A DNA stretch of 63,739 nucleotides, the filler included, from Klebsormidium nitens (Eukaryota > Plantae > Klebsormidiophyceae), in assembly GCA_000708835.1 (NCBI GenBank). It is 5 parts of 5 records of this genome, joined end to end, with 100 filler letters (N's around TTAATTAATTAA, not from the genome) between each part and the next. Parts side by side here need not be neighbours in the genome. Positions count along the whole stretch, not along the records: positions 59,174 to 63,739 come from DF238490.1; 4 more parts are not named here. One strand, 5' to 3'. Below, in pieces: positions 59,174 to 63,739 of the stretch. The position numbers were made by a program, and so were the translations under genes. Within the stretch, counting starts at the first letter, position 1. Every line of letters starts with the position of its first letter. Below the pieces are notes generated by a model. It searched no databases, had not been told where the DNA came from, and was given only the letters and a program-made list of their open reading frames with translations.

Positions 59174-61463
59174 CTCCGGTTTAGCCAATTCATACTCTTC
59201 CTTGCAGCGAATCCTTCAAAGTTTGCTGCTTTTCTGCATCCTCGCAGACACACTTCTCTTTTCAGTCGTGTGCCTACCTCTTCAAGAAGCAGTCTGGCTG
59301 CCGGGCTCTTCTGGAGAGGTCCTTCAGTCTTCGAAGGACAACAAGCCACTCTCCAAGGCAACAATACTGATCAAGGTCAGTCACTAAGTCTCCGCTCCAT
59401 TGCTGTTCAAAACGGAGCAGTTCCGCTCAGCTCAACGAGACCGGATTCTATATTATGTATCAGATCCGGACTCTCAGACAACAGACCAGCCATGGCTCCT
59501 GGTTTCGTTTGAGAATCAATGGTTCAACCTAGTAGACTTGAGAGAGATCCTGCACGACTGCGAATATCTGAACCCTTATCAGGGATTGCAACTGAGATGG
59601 CTATATCCACAGCCACCTCAAAAAGTCTTCCAGTCATTATACAAAGAGACTCTTCAGAATGTTGACTATGACATCTGGATCAATGCTATCAACCCTCGCT
59701 TTGAGGACTACACTCTCCATTGCCACTGTACAAATGATTTCATCGGAGAGTCCAGATTACAGGGTCACCTGGCCACTGGTGACCTTGATAAAATCATCTC
59801 AAATCCTGTCATACTCGACAGACTAGTACAAAGAGGTCCAATGTTTAGAGAAACTCCGAACGCAGATCTCAAGCTCGCCATAGACGCACTGAACAGCGCT
59901 CTAAGTGAGTTGTTTGAAAGAAAGCCTCACGTCCTTGCTGATTCATGGATATGCAAAAGAGTCTCTGAAGCCTTCAGACAAAGGGCAAATAGCCTGGTCC
60001 AGAAAGATAGAGCTGGTGAGATCAATCTTCAAAGTCTACTTTTCCCCGCCCCGGGGAAAATAGCAGAACATGAAAACGAACTCAAACAGATCCTCAGCAA
60101 GTACGTCCTCCTTTAAGCTGACAAGTGCCGAGGAAACTACTTCATTGTATGCAAAAACCTGTACAAAAAAGTTTGCGTCCAACTTGCCCTGCACGACGCC
60201 CCAGAGTATGAACGAATTGGACGCAGTGCTACGGGAAGATTCCGGGGAATTGCCTTACTTCTACACGCTTCCCAAAGTGCACAAAAATCCCGTCAAGTGG
60301 AGACCGGTTTCGGCCACCCACAGGTCAGTACTTTCTGTCCCCCAAAGAGTCCTTACCCAGTGCTTGGGTCTGGTTATGAATACGCTTCTTTCCTTCCACG
60401 AAAAGGAATATGCAGAAACCAGAATCAGAAAGTGTTGGATAGTTCAAAACAGTCTGGATATTCTACGTTCGCTTCCCGAAACGCTCACACACATGTTTTC
60501 CTCGGACATTGATTCAATGTACCAGAACATGAACCAGACAAGTGTCATCTCATCGACTGCTGAAGAGCTTCAACGAGCCGCTCAGATTGCAGAAGCAGAT
60601 AGCTTTTTCGTCGTAATTGGCAACACCTCTTTAGGGAACCACGTTGATCGATGCTTCTGGCATAACACGGAGTCAGGACTTGACCCTACGGACAAGTCTC
60701 TTTCAAGTCAAAAAGACAGCTGTAGCAAGGGAATCGTCTATCCAACTCGGAATATCATCATCCTACTTGATTACATCGTCAAACACTCTTACCTGACATT
60801 AGGTAATTCAGTCCACCATCAAATCAACGGAATTCCTCAAGGAGGCCACTCGAGTGGGTTCCTTGCTAACCTGCCGTGTCACCACAATGAGCGAAATGGG
60901 TCGAGAAATACCCGTTCCATAGACTTCAGTATGCGGCTTCCAGGTATATGGACGACTTTGGGATTGCAAATGCTCCCCGCTTTCAGGAAATGTACCGCGA
61001 CATATACCCACCTGAAACGGGAATAAGGCTTGTTCCGAACGTGGTTATTCCAAAGCCTGGAAGGATTTTCGAATGCAAGCTTCTTGACACTCTGATTTAT
61101 GTAGACTTGGAGGGCGTGGTGCACGTGACGCTGCACGACAAAAGATCAGATTACTCGTTTCAAGTCAACCGCTTCCCTGATTTTGACTCCAATGTTTCCA
61201 AAGCTTAGTCAATCTCCACCTTTTACGGAGAGGTAGTAAGGCTCTTCAGACTGAACACATACCCTGACGGCTTCCTTCTGAATGCAGCTCAGGTGGCCTC
61301 TTATCTTATCATTATGAAAAGATACCCTCAGGAAGAATTGAGCAGACTTCTGACACGATTTCTGAATACACAACGAGGAAATCCATGCCTCGTGACAAAT
61401 ACAAGGGACCTGGAGACCATATTTCAATTCTACCTCCAAAAATGTCTCTCTGAATTCAAATGA
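59174..61463 (+). mobile_element. Degenerate Penelope-like retroelement RT (Naiad/Chlamys-like N-terminus), no C-terminal GIY-YIG; stops at 60114 and 61206, frameshifts at ~60230 and ~60894
   Basis: HCHC..GHLATGDL..QRGPMFRE; ADKCRGNYFIVCK; LPKVHK..WRPV; DIDSMY; QINGIPQGGHSSGFLAN; RYMDD; FYGEVVRLFRL. Confidence 0.85.
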
Positions 61464-61503
61464 CTTAGCCAAACGCTTTGTCCCCCCTGTTCTCTTAGGA
61501 GCC

Positions 61504-63739
61504 ATGTACGGATTCCCGTACCCATACGTTGCCCCCGCCTATGGCGCTCCACCCCCGCCATACGGACAACACGCACCTTCTCCTTATAGTGCACAACTTC
61601 CTTCGTACAATCCGCCGGCGCCTGTTCCTTACACGCCACCTCAGGCAGTTGCACCGGCCCCCCCAACCATTGCTCAGGCCCCATACATGCAACAACCAGC
61701 TTACCAGCATCCCCCGGTTCAACAGCCTTATGCGCCTATTCACACTCCCGCACCAGCCCCTCCGGCTCCCACCCTGGCGCCGCAACAGGCTCCGCCTGAG
61801 ACGTACCCTCCGGCGGCAGCTGGTCCCCCGTTTGGACCGACAGCACCTGCTCAGGCGCCCATACAGGGACCTCCTTTCAGACCACAGACGGAACAGGAGA
61901 CCTGGAACAGTTCCGGACAGCCGGAATGGACGGAACAGTGGGGACCGGAACCGCCCAACGCGTGGCGGAACCCCCCGAGATATAACGAGGGCCCGAGTGC
62001 GCGGACCTGCGCCTGATAACCAAAACCAGTGGAACAACCCCCGCGGAAGAGCCCCCAGTGGGAACGCTCAGTTTCGAGGCGGACCGGGCCCAATCCGTGG
62101 AGGATTCTTTCCTCAGATGAACCAGCGCACGACCGGCCCACGTGCTCCGTACGTCCGACCATCAGCACCGGCCCCTCGAAACCTCACCACCCTGCGTCAG
62201 GCAGACATGCCAATCTTCACCACCGTTGAAGGCAAACTCACTGAGCTCTGCGTCTTCACTGCACGCAACCAGCCTTGTACCCGCACCAACTGTGCATACT
62301 CGCACGAACCGAAGGACAAACGGGTCTGCCGTCACTACTGGACGAAGGGCCTTTTCTGCTCCGACGACGCAGCGTGCCTGCTCGGACACCATGAGGCGCT
62401 TGCGGCGGTCAAGCTGCAAAGATCATTCCGCTCGATGGCCAACCAGGGCGCCGGTGGCGCCAACGTAGCAAACCAGGGCGGCGGAAACATTCAAGGCGGC
62501 GGCGCGACAATCAACGGCGGCGGCGTCGGCGGCGCGGCGAACGGCGGCGTCGGCGGCGCGGCGAGCGGCAACATCGCGGCGAGCGGAGCCCTGGCGGGAA
62601 ATGGACGGGCGAACGACGGCAGCGGAAACGGAGACAACGACCGGAACCCCTTCCTCATCCCCCTAGCCCCATCCCCTACCCAAACTTACCCTCCCGGAAA
62701 CCTGACACTTGCACCCCCCAACGGAAACGGAAACACCATCCCCAAAACCCCATCAACCAAAACCTCGCTACCGCGCTCGCGGCCGCGTCTGGCCCCGCAC
62801 TCGCGGGCGCGCCCGCGGCAGGCGCGCTTTCCGCACCCGCGGCCGCGACCGCGCTCGTAGCGGCACCCCTGTCCGCTCTCGGAACCGGGGCAAAACCCTC
62901 ACCACTAGCTGACCAAACCACCACCTTCGGGGCTGCCCCTACCAACTTTCAGGAGATGGCGCAGCGTCACGCGGCCGCCATCGCGCAAGACGAGATGCGC
63001 AGACTTGCGGTGCTGCAGAACGAGCTCAGCGCCGAGTTCGGTACCTTCAAGAAGAAGCTCGAGGAGAAAGAAAAGAACGAGCGGATCCTGCAGGAAACCA
63101 TGGGCGAGATTGAAGCCGAGAACAGGCGCCTCAAGGAAGACAACTCCAGTAAGTCGATTCCGAACGGACCGGTCGGTCCCCTTGATAGTTACTTTGAAGA
63201 TGTTGAACGGAACTATCCTGCTTACAGACAGTTCCTGAATCTTGACATTACTCAGCCAACGGAGGCAGCTTTGGAGGGCGCCCTCGTAATCCTGACCACT
63301 ATGTTTGCTCGTCCGATCGAACTGGCAAAAGGAGTCACCGTTGTCGATCTGGTCAATGGTCGACCTGCTTTTCGATTCGCTTCAGACGTACCGACGCTTA
63401 GCTCTTTGGGTCTGAATTTAAATGATCCAGAGCACGCTTTCTTTGCCAAATGCTACATGCAATTCCCGACCGATCCTTCTTTTTGCAACGAGGGAATCCC
63501 CCCTCAAAACGCCAATGTGATCAGTCTCCCGCCCGGGAGTGCTTTCCCCCCCAGAGCTTCAATCTTGAAAAAGATGCCTAAAAACTACAAGAAGCTCTTT
63601 CGACACCAGACTGCCAGTACAGCAGTCACGGATGTATCAAACTCCAGACTTAGCCTGCAGAGCAACGGAGGACTCCACCTTCCGGACTCACTTCCAGAAG
63701 AGGTGCATCGAATCTTCTTCAGATTTCTTAACCTTGATC
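61504..63739 (+). mobile_element. Long ORF running off the window (Pro-rich, two CCCH fingers, Gly/Asn linker, coiled coil); two frameshifts (~62002, ~62743); probable 5' part of a retroelement
   Basis: CVFTARNQPCTRTNCAYSH and CRHYWTKGLFCSDDAACLLGH; the frame from ~62744 is open to the window end; starts 40 nt after the RT stop. Confidence 0.55.

Noticed and set aside
59174-63739. Hammerhead ribozyme or telomeric repeats associated with the PLE
   Set aside because: No convincing CUGANGA..GAAA core and no telomere-repeat array found by eye; needs an Infernal scan.
1-63739. tRNA or rRNA genes
   Set aside because: No cloverleaf or rRNA signature recognised; not computationally excluded.

Overview
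This is GC-rich eukaryotic genomic DNA with spliceosomal introns and scaffold N-gaps. Plant-type genes (PLATZ, P/U-type cyclin, At1g67340-like F-box, TIR, GH9) suggest a streptophyte alga such as Klebsormidium; this is inference. The window has four zones. (1) 1-30.4 kb, host genes: a ~3,700-aa gene with four tandem PLATZ domains plus KOW/SH3-like, AT-hook and TFIIS-N domains, then the Pol III subunit RPC7, a double GATA-like finger gene, and an unknown spliced gene with a 2A-like motif. (2) 31-36 kb: a seven-exon gene fusing an SF2 (Z1/Res-like) helicase to a putative beta-class DNA methyltransferase. (3) ~36.5-56.5 kb: a compact, almost intronless endogenous giant-virus (Nucleocytoviricota) segment. 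It has an A32 ATPase, capsid protein, kinase, RNase III, HNH, T5orf172 and EsV-1-7 nucleases and an adenine MTase. It also has plant-type cargo (cellulase, cyclin, F-box, TIR) and an intact Fanzor with its omegaRNA. (4) 57-63.7 kb, mobile elements: a Harbinger-type MITE, a second covarying omegaRNA-like RNA behind a decayed Fanzor-like relic, a degenerate Penelope-like RT with no C-terminal endonuclease, and a CCCH-finger ORF running off the end. All calls come from reading motifs and splice phases by eye; no database searches were run.
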